62,140 bases of DNA, filler included, from Choristocarpus tenellus KU-1152 (GCA_964200185.2; 11 parts of 11 records of this genome joined end to end with filler, not necessarily neighbours in it), one strand, 5' to 3'; counted from the whole stretch's first letter, positions 27,001-39,797 are shown. Notes: generated by a model not told the origin, from the sequence alone. A program made the numbers and translations.

Positions 27001-29507
27001 AGGAGGCAAGGAATTATCAAACCATTCCAATCTACCAGAAACATCAATTCAACCTCATTTGGATCTAAGCGTGCACCTGCCACACCAAACAATAGAATCG
27101 AAAGCCTCCACTGGCAATAGGATCATCCACAAAAAAATCAAGACCCTCAACTACGGAGTCTCTCATGAACATCACCCAATTTCACGATTTTTTTTACATC
27201 CATCTACCAAGAAATATAATAGGCAACACTTGACAAATTTCGGGAATGTGAAGTATACTCCGAGGTTTGAACAGTAGTCTCATTCAACTCCAGCTTGTAA
27301 ATAAATAAAACTTACAAAGGACAAGGCAGTACTCTCTTCTCCCTTTCATACTCAACAAAAACATACGGCACAAAACCTTACACTTACAACACAGAAAAAA
27401 ATTGGAAGTTTCTTAAAAACACAATCAACACATCAAATCCCACACTGCCAACTTAAAAAAACATACATCCCGGTCTAATCTTTTCAGCATACAACTTTGC
27501 ATTTGAATACAATTTTGTTCTCTTCACTAATATGAGAGGATAACAAATCCTTGGCAAAAGGAAAAAGTTAAGTGTTCATTGTTGCCACATATACATATTT
27601 ATATTTTGTAATGTTGAGTAACTCCAAATCGCTACATCATATCACAAAAAGATTACCCTTCAAAACGTATACACTAAAATATACACTTGCACACAAGGGG
27701 GTAGAATAAACAATTGCATATATTTGAAAGGTGTTCTGAGGCATAGCAGGTGGAATCAAAAAGATACTCTAAAAAAGGTAAATCCATTATCTCACTTGTT
27801 TCATGGAGTATCGGCTTAACTCAAAGACTAAACCCATTGACGCCCTTAGGTACTCCCTGTCAGTGAATTCCCACTTCGTCATATCTGCCTTCCTTATTAA
27901 TAAACCTTGTTTTCAGAAAATTATATTCGGAAGAATTGTGGCGGAGGGGAGGAAGGAGGAGTTAAGGGTCAATGCCACACGTTCTCATCTACAACAATAA
28001 AGGTAACATTTAGGTGGTCGGCATCACACGGGGCATCTCGGAGCGGTTTTGTTGGTCGATTCAGGTCAATCAACATTTACTTGAGTGTTGCACCCATCTC
28101 CAACTGCTGTGGAAAGTCGACAGCGTATTACATCCATAGACCAAAATTCAGCATGGTCCATTCCAAGATTGTTGGGTTAGGTCCAGGCAGAGGCACCACC
28201 ACAACTTCAATTCAAGGTGAATTGTTTATTTTCTCTTACGCTGAGAGTGTGTACCGACTGTAATGCTTGAGCAAATAATAGCCTCTACATGTATCATGCT
28301 GACAATCAGAGAGACGGAGATGAGGAAAGCCTAGAACGTGCTGTATCATAAATGGACAACTGCAACACTAACACTGGTAGTAGAAACAGAATCTTTAAAA
28401 CTGTGTCCTCAGTCTTGAGAGGAGCAACTTCTACAGTTCACTTTCCAGTTCTTACTTTAAAATAATTCTTTCCTCATCCTCCCCAGGCCCTTGTCATAGA
28501 GAATGAATGGACATCCGGTGTGGGGCGTAGTATTATAGGACAAAACACGAATGATTACCAATGACATATCCATTTACAAAAAACGAAAATGATTGTTGAT
28601 CTGCTGCACATATGCACCATGCACTGTGATAAAATAACATGAGCACTAAAGACACCCACGAAGCTTGATAAAACAGATCTAGACTGAACGGGAGTTGGCG
28701 ACTCTGGCAAAAAAAGGAAATACAAACACCACACACATTGTTCGTAAGGATGGTCAGGTCAGGTCCGGTCGGCAAAGCAATAAGTTGGCATGTCCAAATA
28801 TTTACATTTATGATCAATACTTGGCATCCTGTGTAGTATATGCGAAGACATCATTCTATCTACATTGGCAGACCTGTATGCAGGAAGTAATGAAATGCCT
28901 TCGCCTTTAAAAGAGTTTCCAAGGCGTTTGACACGCGGTCCTGATGCATGCCATGCTTGGAACTGACCAGGTCGAATTCACCCGTGCTGGAGGATACAAT
29001 ATCCAACGCCGCTGATGCCAATGGAACAAACGGGGCGTGCACAAAAGTGAAGCCAAGTGAGTAAAACTTCAATTTTGGTTGATGCACTAATGAAGAATGA
29101 TCAAAATCTTGTTTCCTACAGTGCAGGGTTGAAACCACCGAAGGTTTGAGCTGAAATAGACCGGCACCTATCTCACCATCAATCTTTTCTTGCGACTCCT
29201 CCATCCTCCCATTGTGGGCATGCAATAGAGCCGCATTTGACAGGTTGTGTATGTCACCGATGCAATCCCAGCCAGACCTTTGTTTTGTATCCTCTAAATA
29301 TAACTCCTTCTCGAACGCCTTAGAGGAGAGTCACAAAGGGGTGGACAGTAGTCATGATTTCTAGATTAGCCATGAAGACCGAGGCAGTGGAGTCCCAGTT
29401 TACCTTTGCAACCCAATCACCTGGAACTCTCCTCCTAATAGGATCTCCTTGCCGGCCTCCGATATAGCACTGATAGGTATACGAGGTCGTTGAACACCGG
29501 TCATCAT
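24076..29507 (-). CDS. Translin/TRAX-family protein with two tandem translin domains; 3' end unresolved
   Basis: Exons 29507-29421, 29318-29177, 29011-28874, (28489-28456 uncertain), about 27892-27796, 25161-24770 and 24144-24076. Domain 1 motifs: AFHYFLHTG, EYLRASMGLVFELSRY, FRNDSLRHRYDGVNNTLKKL..LYELSL. Domain 2 begins MVEFDLKREFVIKRSREIQRGSKMAIYDLHR. Confidence 0.85.
25765..25868 (-). ncRNA. Box C/D snoRNA copy 1 (intronic; guide matches LSU rRNA AAACGGCGGGAGU)
   Basis: On the minus strand: GTGATGA (C box), ACTTCCGCCGTTT-CTGA (guide plus D'), hairpin gaggc/gcctc, GTGCTGG (C'-like), CTGA (D box), terminal stem ttttgc/gcagaa. Confidence 0.82.
25917..26022 (-). ncRNA. Box C/D snoRNA copy 2
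   Basis: Near-identical to copy 1 with the same boxes and guide; terminal stem ttttgc/gtaaaa. Confidence 0.82.
26639..26736 (-). ncRNA. Box C/D snoRNA copy 3 (diverged)
   Basis: Same C, D' and D boxes and guide. The internal hairpin is replaced by ggacc/ggtcc and the terminal stem by agtgc/gcact, so structure is conserved while sequence changed. Confidence 0.85.
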
Positions 29508-29894
29508 TCCGTCAGAAGTCCAATCTTCAGCCTGGGAAATGATTATAGTGAAGGTGCGACGACATCCACTGTTGGGTACAAAGTGTCGAACAAAGCTTAA
29601 CGAAAAGTGGGAGGTAGTAGAGCAGAGTGCAATGGTTGACCTGATCCTCCCAAGGACTTGATGCGCCATGCAGATTCTAGAGACCTTTTCTCCTTTTTGA
29701 TGTTGTGATTATCGTAACAAACCTGAGCCCCACAACCTTTTAGAACAACAAAATCCGCACGCCTCCACAGGTGTACGAAACTCGTACCATCATCATCCAA
29801 AACTTACCCAAATACACCTCCTATTTGTCTATCCCTCTGTGCTATTTGGGAGAGCATGCAGGAGGGGATGGATCAAAAAGGGGGACGGAAAATT

Positions 29895-31928
29895 ATGTCT
29901 GCTTCGAAATCCCGTGCAAAGCTCAAGGTAACCTAGTCCACGATTGCGAAACAAACCCTTGTAGGCAGCCCTTACACTCAATATCCAACACCCTACCTTC
30001 TCTTCACTTCTCGGTGTCAATATGGCTCTACCGCACGCAATGGGTGGTTCTTTAGGCGTAGTGAATATGAAGGGGTTGTGGTGAAATAAAAGGGCGCTGT
30101 GTTAGTTGGAAGTTGGTCCAGACTACACCCTATTCTTTGGGACAACCCGCCCCCATTTAGAGCCACCGTTGAACACGAGTGCAATAATATCGATATCATG
30201 CTCACGACAAGAGTTTTCGACTGTCGAGGGATGCAGGAGGGTGGGGAGGTGTTTTCCTTCTGTTATCCAAAGCTTCCAAATTGTACATGTCCAATCGTAC
30301 AATGACCGATATGATACGCCCCACCCCCTCCCCAACATTGCGCCACCAACATCCAGCACAAAAGGTCAGAGGACCCGCTGATGATGACTGACTGTGTGCA
30401 TGTGGCAAGTGGCAAGTTTTCTGGAGAGAAAGGTGTGTGATCGGGTTATGGTTGGTAGTGAGAGACAGTCAAATCTCGACCAAAGCCCGAGTTGAAGGTT
30501 GCCGTGGTTGGACACTCTGTTCACGATGCCATCGTGTATGTCACCCATTTCCACTTGTCAACCGATGATAGGTTTTACTTGGAACCTGCCTCAGTCTTCT
30601 TTTATGCGCACAATGGAACAGGTATCATGTAACAGATGCCCATACTCAACATAAAATCACCTTGGAATACGCTCTTCCCACACCTACAGGCAAGGTCGTA
30701 GACAGGAGTAGGGGTTGGTACAAGATAGAACTTTCTGGAATCTCTGGTGTGGTAAGTATCCGGGGTTCAGACCTGAGGTCAGCTGCATCAGCACAGAAGG
30801 AGACTCCCACAAACTCTACCGCTGAACAAGAAGGGGGGAAGAATGGAAAAGGTGGGGAGAATTCTAGAAAGACAGACAAGGATAAGGTTGGGTGGGAGGA
30901 GCAAGACGAAGAAGGGCACAGTGATGAGGAGGGCGATGATGAAGATGACGTAGACCTAGATGTATTGGTAGATAAGGCAGTCAGTGCAGCTCGTAGGCAG
31001 GTTGGAAAAACGGATGCATTGGTGGCGACCAAGGCTGTGTCACATGATGTTGGCGCTCCAAGGGTTTTGGGTCCTGCTGGGGGGAGGGGGGCTGCGAAGA
31101 GAAAACGATCAAATATGAGCCTGGACAGTGGCTTGTCTAATTTGAAATATATTGACTACAAGGGGAAGGAAAAGGGGGCCACGATCAAGGTGAAAACTTT
31201 TTTTTCGTGTTGCATTTCTTAATGTGGAGCTTGTTGATGACTAGGCTGGTGCATGTGGAGGAGGGGGGGTGCGGACTGTTGATAGTTAATGCCTGTTGAA
31301 GAAGCTTTATCTTCTTAAACGCTCTGATTCGTTTTTACCCTTCGCAGGCTTCTGTCTCTAAGGTGGAGCCTAAGGTCTCTCGACTCTTGGAACGGAGTGT
31401 TCTTTGTGGAAGGGGATTGAGTGCTCCGGTAAGGAAGGGATATAATGCCGTTTGTTACTTTTGACTTTCTGAAGAGACACAACACTTCCCATACTGAAAG
31501 TCACAAGTGTCTCGCACAAATTGGCCGACCAACTATGACAGGGGTAGAACGTTTAATTATGAGGTCCTGCGCATACGTAGTTTACCACGTACTGTTTTGG
31601 AAATTAAAAATTTGTGTTCAGGTGAGTGGGAAGGGAATTGCTGCATTAGCAATTGCTGCAGCAGCATCTGGACCTAACACACAAGGCAGGCAATGAAGGC
31701 AGCTCAACAGCACGCTTTCACCCCAAAATGCACAATCAGTGCAACGCCATGCTTGATGTACCCCTCACTCCCCAATACACACTCAACTTGTTAATTCCGG
31801 TGATTGTGTTGATTCGTTGGTAACTAGAATGTGAACGAGTTGGATCTGGTGGATTATCTTACTCTGATACCCACGCATTAAGATCGATTTCTTAGACTGC
31901 CGATGGCAATCATCTTTCTCTTGTACTG

Positions 31929-31960
<32 letters not shown>

Positions 31961-34360
31961 ATGCCCTACAGTCACTACGAAAGAAGAGGACGCCCAAGGA
32001 TCACAGCGCTGGCAGCGGGTGGTTCCATATGAAGAAGGCAGAGATGACAGATGAGCTAAAGAGAGACCTCAAGGTATGTGTAGATTTTTCTCGGTTGTGG
32101 GGGGTCAACTGTCGATCTTAGCTTGAGTCGTATGCCGTCGATACTGTATTGTAGTGCAATTCATCTTCTTTTTTTTCAATAGTGCTTCTGTTATTGTAGT
32201 GGGGAGATGGGATGCAGCAGGGTTCGGGACTAGGACATGCTATTTTTCTTTCTTTTGAGGCACTCTTCTGCTGACGAATTTGAATCAGTGCGTTGTCTCT
32301 TCTCCAAGTATCTGAGCATGCGTTTACTCTGTGTGCATTGTTGTGACAACCTCCATGAAGTAACAGTTTATAGGTACACTCCTCGATCCACCTGCTCCTT
32401 GACCTTTGTGTGCCTCTGGTGACAGGTCATTCGTATGCGGAACTATTTGGACCCAAAACGGTTCTACAAGTCTGCTGATGCCACATCCAAGTTTGTACAG
32501 GCAAGAACAGGAAATGTTATATGCCCCGCTCCTCAGTTGTGCATGTACCTGTGTGCCCTTCAGTTGGTAATTTTGTGTGTGTGTGTGTGTATGCATTAAC
32601 ACTCTCTGGAGCTATCTATGCGCTGCTACAGAGTTGGGGTTCAAGAAGCATCAATTTTCTTTTTTTTGTATTGATCAAATGATGCCATTTTGGAACAGGA
32701 GTTGTTTTGAGCGACTCTGTTAAGTCCTTGAGGATGATGAGTTACTATTAATAAAATCACACTTCTTGAACATTAATAATAAGACTGGTAGGGTAGTACA
32801 CTGAAGTAGTTTGTTTTATTTAATGCCCCCATTTTACCCCCCATCATTAATTCAAAAGATATTTTTTTAAACATCGTTATTTTCGAAAATTGAGAATATT
32901 ATTGTGAATAACTGATTTGATTTGGGACTTGCTCTGTAAATAAATAGTACCAACGCAGGTTAAATATACTCTAAAAAAAGGGGGGAAAAGAGGGATAGGT
33001 ATATGCTGTAGTTTCTTGCTCCTTGCAGCACAGAAAGTTTAGCAGGCTCTCAGACAATGCAACAAGGGAGGTTTATTTATAGCTCCTATATAAGGTGCTC
33101 TGAGGGCACTGTGTGGATCCCTTCTACTTCTCATCTTTGAGACTATAACCATTTCCAAGACAAATTGTGTAGTATAGATATATAAGTATGTATGGGTCTT
33201 ACAATCAATGATTCAAGGGCACCTTAGCTTCTCCAGTCACCATCTAATTTCCGCCGCCTCATCCCAAGTTCTGGATGCCATATCCCTTCTTGTTGGCCGT
33301 TGCTCTAACTCTTGTGTTGTATGTATCAATATGAATTACACATGTATGTTCTATGGGTGTTCTGGTGGTGGGTGGATATTGTGGGGTGTAGGTGGGTACG
33401 GTGAAGGATGGACCCATGGATCGCCCCTCTGGACGACTGACCAAGAAGCAGCGTAAGCAGACGCTGGTGGATGAGCTTCTTGTGGGCGATGAGAAATTCA
33501 GGTGTGCACCTGTCTCCTATCGTGGGATGCGTGTGGGTTTGTATTTAAATACTGGCTTTTATATTTTGTGTTGGGGGATGGGCGCTTGATGAGACCAACG
33601 CCGTATGAGCATTTGGGCCCTGCGTATTATGGGTTGGTATGAGAGTAGTAGTAATGAAATTAGTTGAGCGGGTGGGAGGAAACAATGGACGGATTCGAAG
33701 TGGGGAGGAGGGGGGGGAGGGCAAAGATTGAGTTGAGTTGAGTCGTATTAGTAAGTCTTCGTTACCAAAGTATGCAGTGCCTCTGTCTTGTACAGTGACC
33801 AATCTATGCTACATGTGTTTTACATGTGTTTATTCCTGTTCAGTTGGTAGCCAGTGCTGTTACTGCAGAGGAGAACTTACTATTGCTATTGCTGGATGAA
33901 TGTACTTACTTGCTCTGGCTGTGACTTATCTCAGGCTGACTGCTGGCATTGGTGGTGGTTTTCCAAGAGTCTGCGGTTCCCCAGTGCACAAAATGTTCAT
34001 GAACTTTAGTACTGAAAGGGTAATTAATCCCCCTTTGAAAGGCACAGAATAGTAGTCCATGGAGTGAAATCATCCCATTAGATAAATTGGGAAACTTCTA
34101 TGTACCAATTCTCGTTCTGCATCACCCGGCTGATGTTGACTACTGATGATCCTTTTCCCACTGTAAATTCAAACCAGTTTTACAATTTAGGTGGTGCATC
34201 TCTGACCCCCCACACGTAACCGCATTGTTTCTTGTGGGAAAATTGGAACAGAGATTACTCCAAGCGCCAGTATTTATCTATCCAGGATGCCAAGAGGTCA
34301 GGAAAGAAGGCAGACTATGCCAAGCACCAGAGGAAGAGGAAACCGAAGTGGAGTACCTAA
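29895..34360 (+). CDS. FCF2: FCF2/DNTTIP2-like pre-rRNA processing protein
   Basis: Exons 29895-29927 (start uncertain), 30357-30432, 30690-31189, 31348-31428, 31972-32073, 32426-32500 (GC donor), 33392-33501 and 34252-34360. Fcf2 domain: SAGSGWFHM..EMTDELKRDLKVIRMRNYLDPKRFYK..FVQVGTV..RLTKKQRKQTLVDELL. Confidence 0.92.
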
Positions 34361-34968
34361 ATAATCCCAGTGAAAGTCAGAGTAGATGGTGGATGGGGGG
34401 ATGTGATAATCCCGTGTCGTGTACCATGCTTCCCATTGGGACGGCCCCAAGGACTTCGCCTGCGCTAGAGATCTTGTCTTCATCTTTTAGCTTTTTAATT
34501 ATGGGACAAATACATTGTACTGCAGACATTAGTAGTACCTAATACAAGAAACTCTACCTTACGAATGCCTTCTTCGGAGTGTTTTGCCTTGTTTATTTCA
34601 TTTTGAAGTGTAAGAAGTGTAATCTTTTTCATACAAAAAAATGTACTGAAGAACTTACAAGTATTATAGTACTCTCTTTACCCCCTCGATCTAGTTTGAT
34701 CTAAGTGTTCAAAATGTGCACGTTCATGGGGTCATACTGGTGCCTTAGATGAACATAGAATGTACAGTACTGTGGAGTTCAAGTGAACGAGCGTATGGGA
34801 TTGCTGTGTGCCCATTAGGCTCATGCATTGTCATGCATGATCTACAGATCTATGAGGAATGTTGCTTAAGGCACATGAACAAACAGCACACACTGTTACA
34901 CATTCTAAACCACATACCACACTCACTGCCATTCATTCTAGCGAGAATATACACACTCAAGTCACACA

Positions 34969-36186
34969 TTACACACCTCCAAGGACACTTTGGGCGATCT
35001 CCCACGCTTTTGGAGAGCAGGGCATCTCCCTTGGGTAAGCGGTAGCCCTTTCCTCCTTCGTTGCCCTCAAGTGAGGCAGCTTGAAGGTGTTGTCCCCCTT
35101 ACACAGCATGATCTCCTGTAAGATGACCTGCAACGTTGTCCACACCTTCTCAAGAGTTGCTGCAGGATCCCTGTCGAAGGCCTCCTTAACTGCATTGATG
35201 AGCTGATCCACCGTCCGAGGGATGCGATCCTGGAGGGACCGGATAGAGTTGAAAACCCCCAAATCGAGAGTGTTGACATCAGGGCTGTTAGGCGACTGGT
35301 TTATGATGCGAAAGTCCCATCCGTCAGCTGTACACTCTGTGAGCACATCTTGGTCGTCGTTGATATTGTGTGGATGACCACCGTCTTGCTGAATGAAGAT
35401 CGTCCGTCCCCTCCCGCCTGCTGGCCACTTCTTCTTGATTTCAGGGATGACATTGTCGATAAGCATCTTCTTGTACTTCTCCCTGGTGACTTCGACAGTT
35501 TTTATCTCCATCATCCCCGCGACTCTCTCAACGAACGGAAAGATGCCAAGCTTCCCATCAAAATTCTTGTTGGAGGTGGTATCAAACCTTGGACGAGCGA
35601 CAGCCGCAAGGAACACCACCTTGCGGGCAGGAGGCTTGCCTCCTTTCCGGATGAAAAACCACTTCTCATCCAAATGGACAAAGTCTTCGAAATGGTGGAA
35701 ACTCTTTGAACCTCCACATCCCTCCATGACCCACCGCGTTGCCCACCTCAGCCTTTGTAATTTGCACTCATCAGTAAGTAGCGGCTTAAGATAGGTTGTA
35801 CAAGACCTAAAGCCCAACTTCTCTATATTGTCGTGCAGAGTGGACAGTGGAATACCTAACTGAGTCGCCAGGGCACGCTGCGTCGTATGGTTTTTTATAG
35901 GAATCATTTGGAGTGCATGTCGTAAGTCATCGATGTTGATACCTTTACGGCCACACTTTCCCTTCCGTCGCATACCAATGTCGGGATCGATAATACCAGC
36001 ATCCTTTTGAGTTTTGTAGCTCTTCCAAAGCCTCGCAATGGTCCGAGTATTCCTGTCAAATATCTCGGCAACTCGCTTGATATCGCCGTGGATCAAGGAC
36101 CCATTCTTGTTGCCTTGAAGTAGTTCTGTAATGACGGCCCTTCTTTCAACCAGCGTCAGATTCTTTCTTTTGAAGATCTCGGACAT
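34969..36186 (-). mobile_element. Tc1/mariner transposase, DD39D (plant-mariner type), intronless 405-aa ORF
   Basis: N-terminal HTH region, VHLDEKWF, KVVFLAAVARPR, FDGKLGIFPF, IQQD...QSPNSPDVNTLDLG. There are exactly 39 residues between the second and third catalytic D. No TIR pair was found. Confidence 0.92.
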
Positions 36187-37059
36187 CTTCTGAACGGTGG
36201 GTACGCCTAATGAGTGACTGGAAGACTATTTGAAATTGGGGTCGTAGTTTCACCCTCCCCTGGATCTGCCTTCTCCGAAACAAATATCGCAAACCAAACA
36301 CAGAGTTGAAGGTGGCTTTTGTTTCCTTACCAACTCTTCGTCATCCTGAAATTGGTTCGAAAACTATGAATGAAGTAAAGTTAGTCAGTCTAAAGAGGTA
36401 TATTTCATACAAATAAAAAAAAGAATGGTCTAAGTCGTGACTATTTCACTAGAAAAAAATGTGTAGAATGTTGACGTGTTGATAAATGGCTACTACTTAC
36501 TGTATGTACTGCTATTGTTACTTTTACGAGGTCTTTTCATCAGTTAGCATGTCCACCTTCGACCATATCGCCTCGATCCAGTCCGTGGTCCAGGTCATAG
36601 AGTCCCTCCCCCTCTGAACTATTATCTCCAAAATATCAGAAAGAGGGCATAGTAATGTATGTTTTCTAGGTACTGTTTTAGCTGGTGCAACAGATTGTCA
36701 CGCTCACCATGAGAAAATCTAAGGGAATATTTGGGGGGTGTCATTGCAATAGTGGTGACGATATGTACACTCCTACTCGCTAAAGAAACTTGTTGAAATG
36801 GCGGGACATGAAGTCAGTAATATTGTAGACCGTAGTAGTAGGCGTCGATACATCATACCAAATCATGCTTGCCTATCAAATTGTATCAACTACTTGAAGT
36901 AGCATAGAAGGCCTCTCCGTTCTGAAGCACACTACTAGGGTTGTGCTTTAAGGATTGTTAGCATTGATGGCATGCCCAACAGGGCCTACTACTCCCAACG
37001 AGAAACCTGCTGGGAAAAACCACCCACTCTGATTCATCCTGTCGTAAGGTATTATTTTA

Positions 37060-37319
37060 TTATTATGCCCTCTGACATTTTGCAGATGTGTCAGCAGTAC
37101 ATACAGTGATGAAATAAATGATATGAAAGAAATAATCGCGGGGGATTTTTTCTGAATTGTCTATCCTTTCTTCTAGTACTACCTAAGATGCAATAGTCAA
37201 CCCAAAGGAAAGTCCATGATGTTTGGTCGTCAGGCAATATTTGTAAGGCCTCGGTCTTTGTTGGTCTTTTCCCCTCCCCCGACCCATCCATCTGCAAAAT
37301 GTCATAGGGCATAAAATAA
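37060..37319. mobile_element. MITE family D with about 29-bp TIR TTATTATGCCCTCTGACATTTTGCAGATG; single ends also at about 23174-23215 and in the 57.7-58.3 kb array
   Basis: Left ttattatgccctctgacattttgcagatg and right catctgcaaaatgtcatagggcataaaataa. Confidence 0.75.
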
Positions 37320-38640
37320 TGTAAAATATGACATCCAAATTGTTGCAATCATAAACGGACAGAGGTAGAACCTCTCTGTTGAACTGAGTCCATGGTGGTA
37401 CCCTACGATTGCACTGATCACTACACGCAAAACCACCATTTTGATAGGAGCAGCATTTTCCAGTGAAACTGTAAATCGAGTCAATCAGACCCCCCACACA
37501 CACATAACAGCCCATTTCAAAAATTTAGTATGGAGCTTTTCATTGAGGATGGGCTTGACCCAAAATTGACTGNNNNNNNNNNNNNNNNNNNNNNNNNNNN
37601 NNNNNNNNNNNNNNNNTTAATTAATTAANNNNNNNNNNNNNNNNNNNNNNNNNNNNNNNNNNNNNNNNNNNNAAATGGACGCGGCTCTACCCTCTAAGAT
37701 ACTTTGGCTCCATCGAACTGAATTATCTTACAACATCCCTAACCCTAGACATCAAGCCCCGAATGGACCACTTTGTCTAAGCAATCCCCCCCCCCCTCCC
37801 CCTCTAGGACACAATGGGACTTGACTGGCATCTACTGACTGACGTCTAGTTGTCTAGTTTATCTATGGTTGAAGTGATAATGTGCTCTTGGTTGTTATTG
37901 GTTGTTATTTACGATTTGAATGTTTCCGTGTTACACTTTGGTCTTTGTAGTGTTTGTAATTTTTTTTTAATTTCAGTTGGAGTGGAACCGCTGGTGTTCT
38001 GTAGGGGAAGAATGCTCTGAGAATTTTCTCCTACGTGCGTACCTCGAATGGGCATGACCCTAACCCTAATCCTGACCTTGACCACCATGATGATGGCCAT
38101 TGCTTGTGGTGTTTGTGATGTATGGTGTGTAACCTTGTCTTATGTGACAGCCAGGCCTTGTTCTTGTGAGTATACAATGACCTTGTAGTTCTTATACGTA
38201 CACCTTCCCCCCCCAACCCCAACCCCAACCCCAACCCCCACATACAAACCCCTAACCCTAACCCTAACCTCAATTATATCCTCATCCCGTGCCAACCTGG
38301 TTTAAATATTTACCAGTCTTATCAATAGATTTTCTAGATTTTTTTCCCCATTTTCTGTTTCTGAATAACACTTTTTCCTTTTGTATATTTTCTTTTTTAC
38401 TCCCCTCCCCCCCCCCCCCCCCCCCTCCCCTCCTCCTCCTCTCCCCAAATCCNNNNNNNNNNTTTTCCATTTTTATCAATAGTTTTTTTTTTTTTTTTTC
38501 CCCTTTTTTTTTTTTTTAAAAACAATTTTTTTTTTTTTTTTTTTTTTTTTTTCCCCCCCCCCCCCCCCCCCCCTCCCCCTGTGCTTCACAGATGACCCAA
38601 ATACTGCTCCGTTTTTTTGTATTGTTTTTGTTTTTTTCAG

Positions 38641-39558
38641 GCGACCTCATCTACTAACGCTCCTCCAAACGTTCCCAATATCCTCAAGCTTGCCAAGGGG
38701 CAAGTCGATGAGGGCAGATCTCAAGGGGCTGTTGTAGCAGAAGCATTAAGGCTGCTGGATCAGGTTTTTTTTCCCATTTTTCTTCTCCCTTCTCCCTTCT
38801 CCACAAATAGAGCCAGTGTATTTTAGCCTGTTGAAGTACCCTGCATACTCCACCTTGGCAGGTTTTAGCATGGAGTGGTCATACTATGAGGGGAGAATGA
38901 CACTTTTGCCTAAGCCTAACCCTAATCCCTCAGTAGGAATCAGAAGGAAAGGTCACTAATCAAATACAACCGATTTTCTCCGAAATCACTCCCCTGACAT
39001 GAGTTTTTTGTTATCTATGTTTGCAACCATGATGGAGGACTGGCCAATGAGAAGGCTCGTTTCACTTTATCCTCTGCAACTTGACTATCTAATTGGTTGT
39101 ATGAAAAATCAATGATAATGAACTAGTAAGTAGCAGGCCTAGCCCTAATCCTTAGTTTAGGGTAGTAGTACACAAGCAAGCTACTGATATTAAATTGTGA
39201 TCAATTGTGTTGATTTTGCATCATATCGTTGCCAAGACAAGCTTTTTTTCAAACATTTTTGTTACCAAGATGAGTCGATATCCCTAACCCTTACATAACA
39301 AAAAAAAACTCGTTCTGGAAATTTACTCGACAAGGTTTCAGATTTACCCAACTCCCCATAGCTCGGTTAACCTTTTGTTGATTTTTTGTCATGTTATGTG
39401 TCATGTTGTGTCATGTTCTATGTCATGCTATCCATATGTGTATCTTGTCTGCACACACCCATTCTCAGGAGATGGATTTATACAGGTATTCGTCAGGTTT
39501 TCCAGAAATCACTGTTCCTGTGATTGGTCATCTTAGAAAGTTTGCTAAGACCACCAAG
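38641..39558 (+). CDS. NOC2: NOC2-like nucleolar complex protein, two internal exons
   Basis: Exons 38641-38763 and 39469-39558 join in phase 0. YSSGFPEITVPVIGHLRKFAKTTK resembles the Noc2 S-x-FPE..P...L+-F-K motif. Confidence 0.75.
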
Positions 39559-39797
39559 GTAAGGCAGTTCATCATCTCAAGTAAATGTCTGTCAAGTAGA
39601 TGTCAAGTGCCTCGTGTCACTCTGTGTAGCAGTAGTATAATGCAAGTACTAGAATGGTGGTATTTGTAGGGGGAGAAAGGGTTAGGGGGTAATGTTTGTT
39701 TTGGCAAAGTAGGCGCATGCGTGTTTGTGTGTGTGTGTGTATGAGTTTGTTTTTTGTGGAGTGTCAAGAACAGCTCATCTCAAGAAAAATGCGAGAG

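Noticed and set aside
31622-31690. Possible extra FCF2 exon (VSGKGIAALAIAAAASGPNTQ)
   Set aside because: It has no phase-0 donor, and the flanking exons already join in frame as LSAP|SLRKK.
34670-36900. TIRs for the DD39D element (TA-CTCTCT at about 34670)
   Set aside because: No matching inverted end could be found upstream of the ORF.
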